IMG/VR virus record: IMGVR_UViG_3300009130_001605
Coordinates: 11,939-75,938 of that record
DNA from: a virus
Direction: 5' to 3' (one strand)
DNA: 64,000 nucleotides
Made by a program: the position numbers and the translations under genes. Positions 20,667 through 30,564 of this stretch are shown here, piece after piece; position 1 is the stretch's first letter; each line of letters starts with the position of its first letter. The notes under the pieces were generated by a model. It had not been told where the DNA came from. It saw only the letters and a program-made list of their open reading frames with translations, and did not search any database.

Positions 20667-22726
20667 TGAGTGGATTTTTACCTAATGAGCCTAGTGTTTT
20701 TATTAATATAAAATTGACCGACACAGGAAGACGCTTACTTTCTCTTGGAAGGCTTACATTCGATAAAGCAGCTCTGTCTGACAGGGAAATCAACTACGGC
20801 TTTGATAGGCAGGCTGTTGGTGGTTATGATATGCAAAACAATAGGGTTTTAGCACCTAAAGATGATCATCCTACTTTCTCTAATTTTGATGGGAGTGACT
20901 TTATACCTTTAGGTCCAGCAAGAGTTCATTCTGCTAAGCAAATTGTTTCAGCTTTAACCGATTCTGTTGGGTTCTTCACAGGAGACACTAAATCAGGTTT
21001 TGGGCTTGATGTTTCGAAAGCAATAACAACAGTAAATATTACATACTCTTCATCTACATCTTTACCTAACGGAACAAATGTTGTTGGTTATGATGCTGGG
21101 TCGGAACTGGGTGGAATTGCTCCAGTTGCAGGTAACTTGATTTACATCCCATGGGAACCGATACAAAACAGTGGGAACACGTTTAATTCAAGTTCTTATG
21201 ATTTAAACCCAACAAATGCAACAAACGCTCTTTGGTATAGAATAAGTGATGTAACATCTAATATGATGTCTAGTTGTTTAACTTTAGATAGACCAGTTCC
21301 TAATTTCGGAACATCTACAACAGACCAAACAATTAGAGCTTACGTTTATCCTTATAACGGAGTAGAGGATTACTATGGTTCAGCATCAACGGTAAATGTT
21401 GGCGTTTGGAACATGAATATTGTTAGAACAAGTGATGTGATTGGAACTGAGTCTACAGGTAGTGGGTATACAACTTATGGATCAGTTGAGTATAATGGAA
21501 TGAAAAACTATTTAGGGTTTTCTTCTGAAACTAAATCATTCGGTGTTGTTCATTTTACAAACGAGCATACAGGAAATACTTACGCAGAACAATTTGTTGA
21601 AAAAACTATTGAGTTAAACCTACCAAATGTAATGTGGCATAAAACAAGTGCCAACGTTGGTCAAGGAATGGCTCAAGGTCTTACTTTATATGATGTTGCT
21701 GGTATAACTTACATTGACTCAGCAAACAATTCAACATACAGAGAGTTAAGGGATGGTAGTTCAACTGACAACGTTGTTGTTGGTAGAGTGTATCATAAAC
21801 TTAAAATAATTGTAATTACAGACCCTGAATTACTTACAGCTCTTAGTTATAAGTCAAATAGGAATTACACAATTCCTAAGCCTCAATTAACACTTCAATC
21901 TTCACCAAAGTATCCACTAACATATAATGATGCAACAGGTCTCTGCAATAGTGGTAGCACTTATTATGTTACTTATAATTTGGAGTCTGGTTCTGAATAT
22001 TCACCAAACTCTAGTTTTGGTTATCCAGAAACAATGCCTGGTGCATACGTTTCAAAGGTTGCAGGAGAATATGATGCAAACGGAAATCCAACATTCTTGT
22101 CAATAAACTTCCCTCCAACATCATTCCCTTTTATGAGGTCTGATGTAAACATGGATCCAACGGGATCTTTCTCTGGAACAGGATGGAATGCAAATAAGAT
22201 ACAAATAATGGTGAACGAAGTTGCAAACACTAGTTCATTGGATTATGACACCATACCAGAATATGGTTGGGTAAAAGTCTCTAACGTAGTAGGTAATGGT
22301 ATTTACACAGGAGAAACTGGAGAAACTTCAATCAACCCACTTCAATTACAAGCTTATCAATTTGTTATCTCAAGAGAAGATTATGAATCAGGTACAACTT
22401 ATTCGTTGGGAACAGGGTTTACAGAAAACATGGATTCAGGTAGTAATGGGTTAACATTCGGTGATGAATCTTTCTTCTTTGGATCATTGAAGACAGGTAT
22501 TGCTGCAACATCATTTAAAACATCTATTACGATACCTGTTTCAAATAATGGATTTAACTCATCTAACAACCCAACATTTGATAGCGATTTAGATCACAAC
22601 ACATATATCACCGAATTTGGTGTATTTAATGCAGAAAATGAATTGGTAGGAATTGCCAAGCCAACTTATCCATTGAAAAAGAACAATGGAAAACTCTTGG
22701 CACTTAAATTAGAATACGACTTTTAA
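20666..22726 (+). CDS. baseplate/tail-fibre attachment protein with C-terminal collar-like domain
   Basis: N-terminal IKLTDTGR..L; C-terminal YITEFGVFN.ENELVGIAK..PLKK, shared with 23132 and 24761. Confidence 0.65.
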   Translation: MSGFLPNEPSVFINIKLTDTGRRLLSLGRLTFDKAALSDREINYGFDRQAVGGYDMQNNRVLAPKDDHPTFSNFDGSDFIPLGPARVHSAKQIVSALTDSVGFFTGDTKSGFGLDVSKAITTVNITYSSSTSLPNGTNVVGYDAGSELGGIAPVAGNLIYIPWEPIQNSGNTFNSSSYDLNPTNATNALWYRISDVTSNMMSSCLTLDRPVPNFGTSTTDQTIRAYVYPYNGVEDYYGSASTVNVGVWNMNIVRTSDVIGTESTGSGYTTYGSVEYNGMKNYLGFSSETKSFGVVHFTNEHTGNTYAEQFVEKTIELNLPNVMWHKTSANVGQGMAQGLTLYDVAGITYIDSANNSTYRELRDGSSTDNVVVGRVYHKLKIIVITDPELLTALSYKSNRNYTIPKPQLTLQSSPKYPLTYNDATGLCNSGSTYYVTYNLESGSEYSPNSSFGYPETMPGAYVSKVAGEYDANGNPTFLSINFPPTSFPFMRSDVNMDPTGSFSGTGWNANKIQIMVNEVANTSSLDYDTIPEYGWVKVSNVVGNGIYTGETGETSINPLQLQAYQFVISREDYESGTTYSLGTGFTENMDSGSNGLTFGDESFFFGSLKTGIAATSFKTSITIPVSNNGFNSSNNPTFDSDLDHNTYITEFGVFNAENELVGIAKPTYPLKKNNGKLLALKLEYDF

Positions 22727-22743
22727 ATAAAAAAAACATAAAA

Positions 22744-23115
22744 ATGGGAAAAATACCTTCAGCATCAACACTTTCATCTATCGCTTACTTAACTGAAAGT
22801 GGTAGAAGATATCTTTACGGAAAAGATAACGATGGAAACCAAATTAGATTCAATGACGATGGAAGTGACAATTTTGAAATTGTTAGTTTTGCATTATTTG
22901 ATGGAGATAGAAATTACAAAGTTGCCACAAACTTTAGTACTGGTGAAATGCCAGATATTGCAGGAACTACAGATAAAACTTGTTTAAAGACAGCTGCTGA
23001 TATAAGTAGAAAAAACTCTATTGTATATGCAGGAACCATTGTTAACACTGTTGCTGACACTTTCTTTTACCAAGCAAGTTCTGAATCAGTAGAAATAGAC
23101 ATTGATAGTTTATAA
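22744..23115 (+). CDS. structural adaptor, A-domain paralog 1
   Basis: SASTL..AYLTE.GR.YL.G...F.L.D.D.NY...G..PD..G...CL, shared with 25878 and 26825. Confidence 0.7.
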   Translation: MGKIPSASTLSSIAYLTESGRRYLYGKDNDGNQIRFNDDGSDNFEIVSFALFDGDRNYKVATNFSTGEMPDIAGTTDKTCLKTAADISRKNSIVYAGTIVNTVADTFFYQASSESVEIDIDSL

Positions 23116-23131
23116 TCATTAAAAAACAAAA

Positions 23132-24238
23132 ATGAACGAATTTAAAAAATTAACTGAGGACCCTGTTAGTACAAGACAAGAAACTCAGACATCAAGAGCA
23201 ATAAACGGTAGTGAACTAACTTACACTTTGTGTGATAGAACTGATCTAAACAGTAGTACAACGAATTATTTTGTAAGTTTCAATTTACCTTACACATCTA
23301 CTGATTTCCCTACTACTTCTCAACTTTCTTTGTCAAAGCCAGAGTTGCAACAGTTAAATGTTGACAAAATGGTAATAACTCCGATTGCCAAAGAAAATTA
23401 TAACGAAATTTTAGACGGTAGATCGATTACTTTTACAGTTCCTCAAACAGGTGCTGGGAGTATGTCTGCAAAAACAGTTGTATCTTCTACTTATTCTAGT
23501 CTTGATAAGAAAAGTACAAATGAATTGTTAGGATCAAACATTGCCTTTTTGTTCTCAGATGATGTTAACTTGCCTTACAGTGGTACAACTGGTGACGGAT
23601 CTTTTGATAACTCATCAAATTCGACTTGGAATACCACTTCTTCTTTTGCTAACAGGCCTGCAGCGGTTTCATTCAGCAATATGGGTCAAAATGATTACTC
23701 TACAGATGGGAGGGATTTTGCTACTGATGTTAATTTGGCTGTTACAGTTGACGAAGGTTATCCTTTACCAACTTTGAGAGGTTATAACTACGACATCCCT
23801 GTTGGATTTGTTGCATTAGATAAAGGGTGGATGATTCTTACTCACCCAAATATTGTTGACAACATACCTTATAACGAAGGGTTTAAGTTGTCAGATGGGT
23901 CTTTGAACACAGGTCCTACTTCAGCAACAACAGATATTTACTTTACAGATAACACTGTCTCTCAATTAAGTTTTGTTGATATTAATATAGAATATAAAAC
24001 TTCTGTTATTGCATTAGTGTTTCCAACAGAATTCTTCTTTACAACGAACAAGTCTTGGGATTTGGAGAAAAATTATCAAGAACAACAAAATGGGACTTTT
24101 GGTTATGATGCTGTTTCAATTTCAGAAATAGCACTTTATAATGCAAAGGGAGAAATTATTGCCATATCTAAACTTGATAGACCGTTAGAAAAACAATATA
24201 ACGATTTAGTTACTTTTAACTTAGACATTAACATTTAA
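23132..24238 (+). CDS. structural protein, B paralog 1 (collar-like C-terminus)
   Basis: Full-length paralog of 24761 (LTYT.CDRTDL, KPELQQLNVD, YNYDIPVGFVALDKG). Confidence 0.75.
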   Translation: MNEFKKLTEDPVSTRQETQTSRAINGSELTYTLCDRTDLNSSTTNYFVSFNLPYTSTDFPTTSQLSLSKPELQQLNVDKMVITPIAKENYNEILDGRSITFTVPQTGAGSMSAKTVVSSTYSSLDKKSTNELLGSNIAFLFSDDVNLPYSGTTGDGSFDNSSNSTWNTTSSFANRPAAVSFSNMGQNDYSTDGRDFATDVNLAVTVDEGYPLPTLRGYNYDIPVGFVALDKGWMILTHPNIVDNIPYNEGFKLSDGSLNTGPTSATTDIYFTDNTVSQLSFVDINIEYKTSVIALVFPTEFFFTTNKSWDLEKNYQEQQNGTFGYDAVSISEIALYNAKGEIIAISKLDRPLEKQYNDLVTFNLDINI

Positions 24239-24248
24239 AAATAAAATT

Positions 24249-24755
24249 ATGGCAACATTTACAGATAGTGAATATACACCATCATACGCTTTCGCTTCGG
24301 TTAACCTAAATACAGTTATAGATGGAGTAACAATGGACCCAAAAGAGGTTTATCAGTGTCAAATATCAGTCACAACAGCAGACAATACTCCTGCGTTTGT
24401 TGGAGATATAGGCAATTCATCTTTACCATATAATTATTACCAATTAGGTTCTGTTAATGGTAGATCTTATTATTTAGGAATTGGGGGTATAACAAGGAGT
24501 CAACAAAATGTTATTCATTTTTTACCCCTTGGATATAACAGTACATTCCCTGGTTATATAGCACCTTTGTCAGCTAATGAATTAACTGATTGGAAGACAG
24601 CTTGTAAAAATTGGATCATAAGCACAACTGGGTCTGAAAATGCAACAGTTGGAACAAATATCGCTCAAACAATAACTGTAAGTTTTTATGGTGTTGAGAC
24701 AAATAGAGAAGAAGAAGCTGGGTCATTCCAGTTTACATTAAAAACAACAGTATAA
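24249..24755 (+). CDS. hypothetical structural protein
   Basis: 168 aa, between the two B paralogs. Confidence 0.65.
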   Translation: MATFTDSEYTPSYAFASVNLNTVIDGVTMDPKEVYQCQISVTTADNTPAFVGDIGNSSLPYNYYQLGSVNGRSYYLGIGGITRSQQNVIHFLPLGYNSTFPGYIAPLSANELTDWKTACKNWIISTTGSENATVGTNIAQTITVSFYGVETNREEEAGSFQFTLKTTV

Positions 24756-24760
24756 AATAA

Positions 24761-25873
24761 ATGACACAATTCACTAAACAAGTCGTAGACCCTATAAGCA
24801 CAAAGCAGGAGATTCATACATTAACGGTGGCTAATGGAAGTGGATTGACGTACACTTTTTGTGATAGAACAGACTTAGCTTCTAAGGAGGCAAATTATTT
24901 CATAAGCTTCAATTTACCTTATGAATTTGATGCTTTCCCTTTGACGGACACTGTCGCTCTTCAAAAGCCAGAGTTGCAACAATTAAACGTTGACCAAATG
25001 GTTATTGTAGATATTGATGGTCAATACTATAACGAACTTATAGATGGTAGATCGGTTAACTTTACTGTACCTCAAACAAGTAATGGTGGTGCCTCTATTT
25101 CCGCAAAGACAGTTGTTTCAACAACGTATACAACTTTGGAAAAAAACACAAATGATCAATTCTTGGGAACAAACATTGCTTATTTATTTTCCGATGATGT
25201 TAATTTACCATATACAGGAACAACGACCCTTACAGACAAGTCTTCTGTGACTTCTTGGATAAATCCAGACAACGATAGTATCATGGCTGTGCCAGTTGCT
25301 ACTTCTTATACTGAATTAGATTTAAGTTCTAACGTAAACACAGATCAAAGACCTTTTTCTGATGTGAGTTATGCAGTTGATGTTGGTGTTCATTATCCTG
25401 GAACTTCAAACCTTGGATACAACTATGATATTCCAGTAGGATTCGTGGCTCTTGATAAAGGTTATTTAGTACTAACTCATCCTGACATTGTAAATAACAT
25501 TCCTTTTTCACAAGGTGTTAAAAGACATAGTAATTTACCAAACACAGGATCAACTTCAGCAACAACAGACATATATTTTTCAAACACGAGCACTTCTGCT
25601 GCTAGGTTTGTCGATATTGATATTAATTACACAACTTCAATTATTTGTATCATTATGCCTAAGGAGTTTTACAAAACTACAAATCCAAGTTATGACACAA
25701 TTAGGGCAGCTGAAGAAGAAGCTGCTGGAACAAATGGTATGGAACCTGTCTACATTTCTGAGATCGCATTACATAACACAAATAATGAAGTTATTGCTTT
25801 TGCAAAATTGGATAGACCATTAAAAAAGACCTATAGTGATTTCGTTAGTTTCACAGTAGACATAAAATCATAA
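24761..25873 (+). CDS. structural protein, B paralog 2
   Basis: Paralog of 23132. Confidence 0.75.
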   Translation: MTQFTKQVVDPISTKQEIHTLTVANGSGLTYTFCDRTDLASKEANYFISFNLPYEFDAFPLTDTVALQKPELQQLNVDQMVIVDIDGQYYNELIDGRSVNFTVPQTSNGGASISAKTVVSTTYTTLEKNTNDQFLGTNIAYLFSDDVNLPYTGTTTLTDKSSVTSWINPDNDSIMAVPVATSYTELDLSSNVNTDQRPFSDVSYAVDVGVHYPGTSNLGYNYDIPVGFVALDKGYLVLTHPDIVNNIPFSQGVKRHSNLPNTGSTSATTDIYFSNTSTSAARFVDIDINYTTSIICIIMPKEFYKTTNPSYDTIRAAEEEAAGTNGMEPVYISEIALHNTNNEVIAFAKLDRPLKKTYSDFVSFTVDIKS

Positions 25874-25877
25874 AAAA

Positions 25878-26762
25878 ATGGCAAGATTAGAGTCAGCATC
25901 AACAATATATGTTCAAGCCTACCTTACAAGTAAGGGTAGAGAATATTTTTCTGGATTTAATTTAGATGGTGAAAACGCTAGGTTTGATGGTGATATCGAT
26001 TTGTTTCAAGCAAAAACTTTTTCTTTGTATGATACCGATGTTAATTATAAAACCACACAGCCATTAGAATCTGGTGATGTTCCAGATATATCTGGATCAG
26101 ACGGATGTTTAATGACATCTGCATACCAACTTAGAAAACATTTTTTAACAAATGGTGTAAATGTAGAAGAAATACCATTTGATTTTGCTGTTATTAGATA
26201 TTCTTGGGAAGCAGTTGGCTATCAAACTGATGTGGATACTAGAACTGCAATTTTGGGTACAGGATCAGATGCTGTTGACATGGTAGATGTTGGTTATGAT
26301 AGAGGTACTCAAGTTAACATGACTTACCCAAACCCTGTTGGTGGAGTAGAAAGATATGTTGGACCATCTGAAGATGAATATTATTTAAAATGGGGTAGGG
26401 ACAATGCAAGTGCAAGTGTTGGAGGTAAATATACAGAAAGTGTTCTTGTTGATTTTAATAGACTTATAGAAGACTTTGGTACCGTTGAAGAATTTCAAGT
26501 TAGACTAAGATCTTATTGGGTTAGTAGCATTGCTATTAGTGGGCCATTGACAGTTGAATTAACCACTTATACAGGTGGTGAAATGGTTTATGATTCATAT
26601 ACATTTAATTACTTTAATGAAGGTGGCGTAGAATCTTTTACAACAAGTTTTGATACCGTTTTAAATCATTATGTAGTAAATGGGAATGAAAATGGTAGTG
26701 ATGTTGGATTAATAAGTTTTAATGCAGCAACAAGAACTGCTAGTTTAATAAAAGTTGAATAA
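25878..26762 (+). CDS. A-domain paralog 2 fused to an FDFAVIRY.W domain
   Basis: A domain at the N-terminus; C-terminal domain homologous to the C-terminus of 17370..20348. Confidence 0.7.
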   Translation: MARLESASTIYVQAYLTSKGREYFSGFNLDGENARFDGDIDLFQAKTFSLYDTDVNYKTTQPLESGDVPDISGSDGCLMTSAYQLRKHFLTNGVNVEEIPFDFAVIRYSWEAVGYQTDVDTRTAILGTGSDAVDMVDVGYDRGTQVNMTYPNPVGGVERYVGPSEDEYYLKWGRDNASASVGGKYTESVLVDFNRLIEDFGTVEEFQVRLRSYWVSSIAISGPLTVELTTYTGGEMVYDSYTFNYFNEGGVESFTTSFDTVLNHYVVNGNENGSDVGLISFNAATRTASLIKVE

Positions 26763-26824
26763 AAACAATTACATCATTTATAAAGTTTAAAATTTTTAAT
26801 AATATTATTTATTAATAAAACACT

Positions 26825-28714
26825 ATGTCAAAAATAAGCTCAGCCACATCACTTACACTCACTGCGTATCTAACCGAAAAAGGTAGAGACTACTTGGCTG
26901 GGTTTAATGGAAACAGCTCTAATAGAATTGTTGATGGGACGGACATGTTTAAGCCAACGAAATTTACCCTTTACGACAGTGATGTAAATTATAGGGTTTC
27001 GGATAAACTTACAACAGGAGATCCAACCGATCTTGCTGGAAATAAAGGGGACAATTGTCTAAGTACAATTGCCAATCAAGTAAAAAAGAACATTCTAATT
27101 TATGAAGAAGGAAATACACCAACAATCTCTTTCGAATCTGATCTTTATGTGATAGACGAGGGGCAGGCTGTTTCTTTTCCAACATTATTAAGTCACTTGC
27201 AATTTGGTTTCATAAACAAGTCTGTAGATATATCAATTGACGAAGTTAGGTCAACTCTTGCACCAAATCAATATTCAATTGATAATACACCTTCTACATT
27301 CACATACGAAGGGAGTATACAGGAATTTACATCCAACTTCACATCTACAACAGACGAAGAGTTTTTAATTGGTGAAACAAGGGATGTGGTTTTAACTCTC
27401 AGTAATTTTGTTGAAGCAGAGCCAGGTGAAATAACGGAGACAACAATAAGAATTAATGGAACGGCTCCTCTTGAAATACCAATTAACTTTGATAGATTGG
27501 AGGATTCAGTCAGAACAGGATATGATGGACAGCATGGAAACATTGTTATAAATAATGGGTTGTTAACAGAGCCTTCTTTTGCTAATGCAACAGAAAACTA
27601 TATGGAAATTGAGATTTCTGATAATCTAATTCCATATATAGACTTATTAAATATTAAAATTATAGAATCTGATGTATTAGCTGAAAGTAACAGGCCAATA
27701 ATATTAGTTGATCGGCATACTGTGTCTTCTATGATAAGAAATGGAGAAAGAGTTCCATTTGAGATGCTAGAGGGTGATGACAGTTTTGCTATTGACACAA
27801 GGATTAGCACAATAGATTCTATTGACTCTTCTTTCAGGGGTTCTATCACATTTAGGATTGTAGAAGCTGGAGAAGGGATTTCAGTTGGAGTAAGAGATAC
27901 TTATGTAATAAATGTAGAAGGTGTTGATCAACCTGTTATTCCAGAATGTGTTCCTGCTGTTTTTGAAGACCCTATGTTTGATGAAGGTAATTATCGTTGG
28001 GCACACACAGTCAATGCTCATATTCCATCATATATTGAAAATCTTGATAATAACAATCAAGCTGTTTTGGCTGTAGAGTCTTTTGATCAATGGCAAGATT
28101 CCACAAATGGTGTATCTATGGCTTTTGGTGGTCCTCTAAGTGAGTATGATCGCTCAGACATACCAGGGGAAGTGTCTCTTCAAGAAAGGTGGAAATTAAT
28201 AGATCCTGAAAAAAACATTGATAGTGATTCTGGTATATATTCAAAAATACTTTTTGAAAACGGAGGAAGTCTTTCTGGTGATTATATTGCAAAAATAAGC
28301 ATAAGGGCCTATACCGCTGGTAACCCTAGAGATATATTAAGAAGGCCTAGGGTTTATATAGTTGCAGGGTATAATAACTCTGATTTTGAAATTAAAGCGG
28401 AACAAAATTTCGATGTTGAAAATGGTGTCACTGATTCTGGAGTTCCTGATTTTATAAATATTGAGCTCCCTATAACACTTGATGGAGAAAGTTATTTTGG
28501 TTTTTTCGTAAAAGCAATTGATGGAGCTACAGCAGAAGGGGCTTCTGGGGTTAGACTGCCAGCTTTTGGATATGAAGAATGTCTAAACGAGCCAGACAGA
28601 GAATTAAGAGACGTTCCTCAAGGTCAAATTTGGGCGTGTACTAAAGAGTTTGGGGGTACTATCGAATTTGCTACCAATGTAGAAGTGGATTCTTTTCAGG
28701 TAATTTGTCCATAA
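26825..28714 (+). CDS. A-domain paralog 3 fused to Calx-beta/Ig-like and other acidic beta domains
   Basis: A domain followed by PTISFE.....IDEG...V.LTLSN.....T.IRI, a Calx-beta-like pattern. Confidence 0.6.
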   Translation: MSKISSATSLTLTAYLTEKGRDYLAGFNGNSSNRIVDGTDMFKPTKFTLYDSDVNYRVSDKLTTGDPTDLAGNKGDNCLSTIANQVKKNILIYEEGNTPTISFESDLYVIDEGQAVSFPTLLSHLQFGFINKSVDISIDEVRSTLAPNQYSIDNTPSTFTYEGSIQEFTSNFTSTTDEEFLIGETRDVVLTLSNFVEAEPGEITETTIRINGTAPLEIPINFDRLEDSVRTGYDGQHGNIVINNGLLTEPSFANATENYMEIEISDNLIPYIDLLNIKIIESDVLAESNRPIILVDRHTVSSMIRNGERVPFEMLEGDDSFAIDTRISTIDSIDSSFRGSITFRIVEAGEGISVGVRDTYVINVEGVDQPVIPECVPAVFEDPMFDEGNYRWAHTVNAHIPSYIENLDNNNQAVLAVESFDQWQDSTNGVSMAFGGPLSEYDRSDIPGEVSLQERWKLIDPEKNIDSDSGIYSKILFENGGSLSGDYIAKISIRAYTAGNPRDILRRPRVYIVAGYNNSDFEIKAEQNFDVENGVTDSGVPDFINIELPITLDGESYFGFFVKAIDGATAEGASGVRLPAFGYEECLNEPDRELRDVPQGQIWACTKEFGGTIEFATNVEVDSFQVICP

Positions 28715-28814
28715 AATTAAACAAAATGTCAAAATAAGGTATAACTATTTATTAAGACGTGTGTTTAAACTTGACTTTGTCAAATTGGCTTATTAGATTA
28801 AAACAAAAACGAGA

Positions 28815-29381
28815 ATGTTAATAAGTTTAGATATATCAACTTCAGTAATAGGAATCACATCTTTCGATGAAGAAACTGGTGCTTTAATTGAATTGGATTA
28901 CATAAAATTCAAATCAGGTAAAACCATTTTCGAAAAATTAGAGGATTTCAAAGAGAAGATAAAACATTACGAAGGTGCAAATGTAAATTACATTGCAATC
29001 GAGGAACCATTAAAGAAATTTATGGGTAAATTCTCAAATGCATCAACAATATCTTTGCTTAATTTTTTCAATGGGATGATTAGTTCATACATGTACACAA
29101 CTTTCGGAATTGAGCCATGGTATATGAATGTGAATACAGTTCGTAAAACTGCATTTCCAGAAGTTAAATTAAACGCAAAGAATATTAAGCATGAAATCTG
29201 GGGACAGGTTAAAAACTGTGAACCTCAAATAAATTGGAAGTATTCAAAAAGAACAATGAAGCTTATGCAAGAAAACTACGATATGACAGATTCATATGCA
29301 GTAGGCAGAGCATATCTTAGAACATTAAATGAAAGTGGAAAAATAACTCTTAAAGAAGATTATTTCGAAACTAAATCATAA
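28815..29381 (+). CDS. ruvC: RuvC-like Holliday junction resolvase
   Basis: ISLDISTSVIG, IAIEEP and YDMTDSY catalytic D/E/D pattern. Confidence 0.8.
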   Translation: MLISLDISTSVIGITSFDEETGALIELDYIKFKSGKTIFEKLEDFKEKIKHYEGANVNYIAIEEPLKKFMGKFSNASTISLLNFFNGMISSYMYTTFGIEPWYMNVNTVRKTAFPEVKLNAKNIKHEIWGQVKNCEPQINWKYSKRTMKLMQENYDMTDSYAVGRAYLRTLNESGKITLKEDYFETKS

Positions 29382-29412
29382 GACACTTATTTGTGGTTAG
29401 ATGAGGGAAATT

Positions 29413-29443
29413 GGATAGGTATTTTTATCTATCCTTTTTTTTT
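29413..29443 (+). terminator. intrinsic terminator
   Basis: GGATAGGTA-tttt-TATCTATCC stem followed by a T run. Confidence 0.7.
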
Positions 29444-29578
29444 ACAAGCCTTCTATTGAAGAAAGCGATGATATTACTCTTAGTAATACTTACCCAATTC
29501 ATGTGGAAAAAATTTATGGCACAAATGAATAAGTAAAGAATTATAGCAAGTAATTTTTTTTATGTCATAAATTTCATT

Positions 29579-29586
29579 TATATTTG
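29579..29586 (+). promoter_or_regulatory. Bacteroidota-type -7 promoter element
   Basis: TATATTTG fits TAnnTTTG, immediately before the primase gene. Confidence 0.55.
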
Positions 29587-29592
29587 CCTGAT

Positions 29593-30564
29593 ATGACAGA
29601 TGTAGACGAAATGCTTATTTTTCTTGTTGAGGATATTCTTGGACCACACAGGCCAACTAAGAAGGATAACCCACAAAAATACTTCCATTGCAAAAGCCCA
29701 CAGTGCATACACAATCATGATAAATTTCATTTAGCATATAATGCTGAAAAACGTGTATTCAAGTGCTTTAAATGTGAAAACAAAGGATCTATACAAAGAT
29801 TGGTTTCTTACTATGGTGGTAAAACTCATAGTGAGAAATTAAAACTAATCCTTCCATATCACATTCCGCAAAGTTACTTTGATAGACCTAAGGTTGACTT
29901 TGCAAATGTTACTTGTGAATTACCAAAAGAATATCTTCCTCTTTGGAAAAAAAGAGATTCATTTAAGTATAGACAAGCACTCGACTATGTGATTAATACT
30001 CGAAAGATCACAATGGAACAGATTAAGGAATACAACATCGGTTACACCGAGGAAGGTAATCGTAAGTTGCGTATCATCATCCCATCGTACAACAGTAGTG
30101 GCAAGGTGAATTACTATGAAGCAAGAGCTTATTGGGATAAGATTAAGATGAACTATATCAAGCCTGACAATCCGAATAAAGATGATGTTATATTTTTTGA
30201 GAATAGGGTTAATTGGGATTTACCAGTATTCCTAGTGGAAGGAGTATTCGATGCATTGAGAGTTCCTAATGCAATACCTATGCTTGGGAAGATACCTTCT
30301 TACTATTTGATTTCGAAATTACTTGAGCATAACTCCAGGGTTATTCTTTGTCTTGATGAAGATGCAATCAAAGAAGCGTATGAAATATACGAAGATTTCT
30401 CTTCTCTTGGTCTTGATATGTACTTTATTGACATGTCTGGTAGAAAGGATATATCTAAAATTTTTGAAGATAATGGTAAGAAAGCTATTGTTGATTTGCT
30501 TAAGACGATTCAAAAGCTTAACTTTGAGAAATTTCTCGAAAAACTAATACAATATGAGCGTTAA
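29593..30564 (+). CDS. dnaG: DNA primase (Zn finger + TOPRIM)
   Basis: C..P.C....CFKC Zn finger, RIIIP, LVEGVFDA and LDED TOPRIM motifs. Confidence 0.9.
   Translation: MTDVDEMLIFLVEDILGPHRPTKKDNPQKYFHCKSPQCIHNHDKFHLAYNAEKRVFKCFKCENKGSIQRLVSYYGGKTHSEKLKLILPYHIPQSYFDRPKVDFANVTCELPKEYLPLWKKRDSFKYRQALDYVINTRKITMEQIKEYNIGYTEEGNRKLRIIIPSYNSSGKVNYYEARAYWDKIKMNYIKPDNPNKDDVIFFENRVNWDLPVFLVEGVFDALRVPNAIPMLGKIPSYYLISKLLEHNSRVILCLDEDAIKEAYEIYEDFSSLGLDMYFIDMSGRKDISKIFEDNGKKAIVDLLKTIQKLNFEKFLEKLIQYER

Noticed and set aside
28726-28740. ATGTCAAAATAAG resembling the start of gene 26825 (scar of a fourth A paralog)
   Set aside because: Only about 13 nt of AT-rich similarity; cannot be distinguished from chance.
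29444-29532. Start-less frame IEESDDITLSNTYPIHVEKIYGTNE*
   Set aside because: Short, with no start codon and no recognisable motif.
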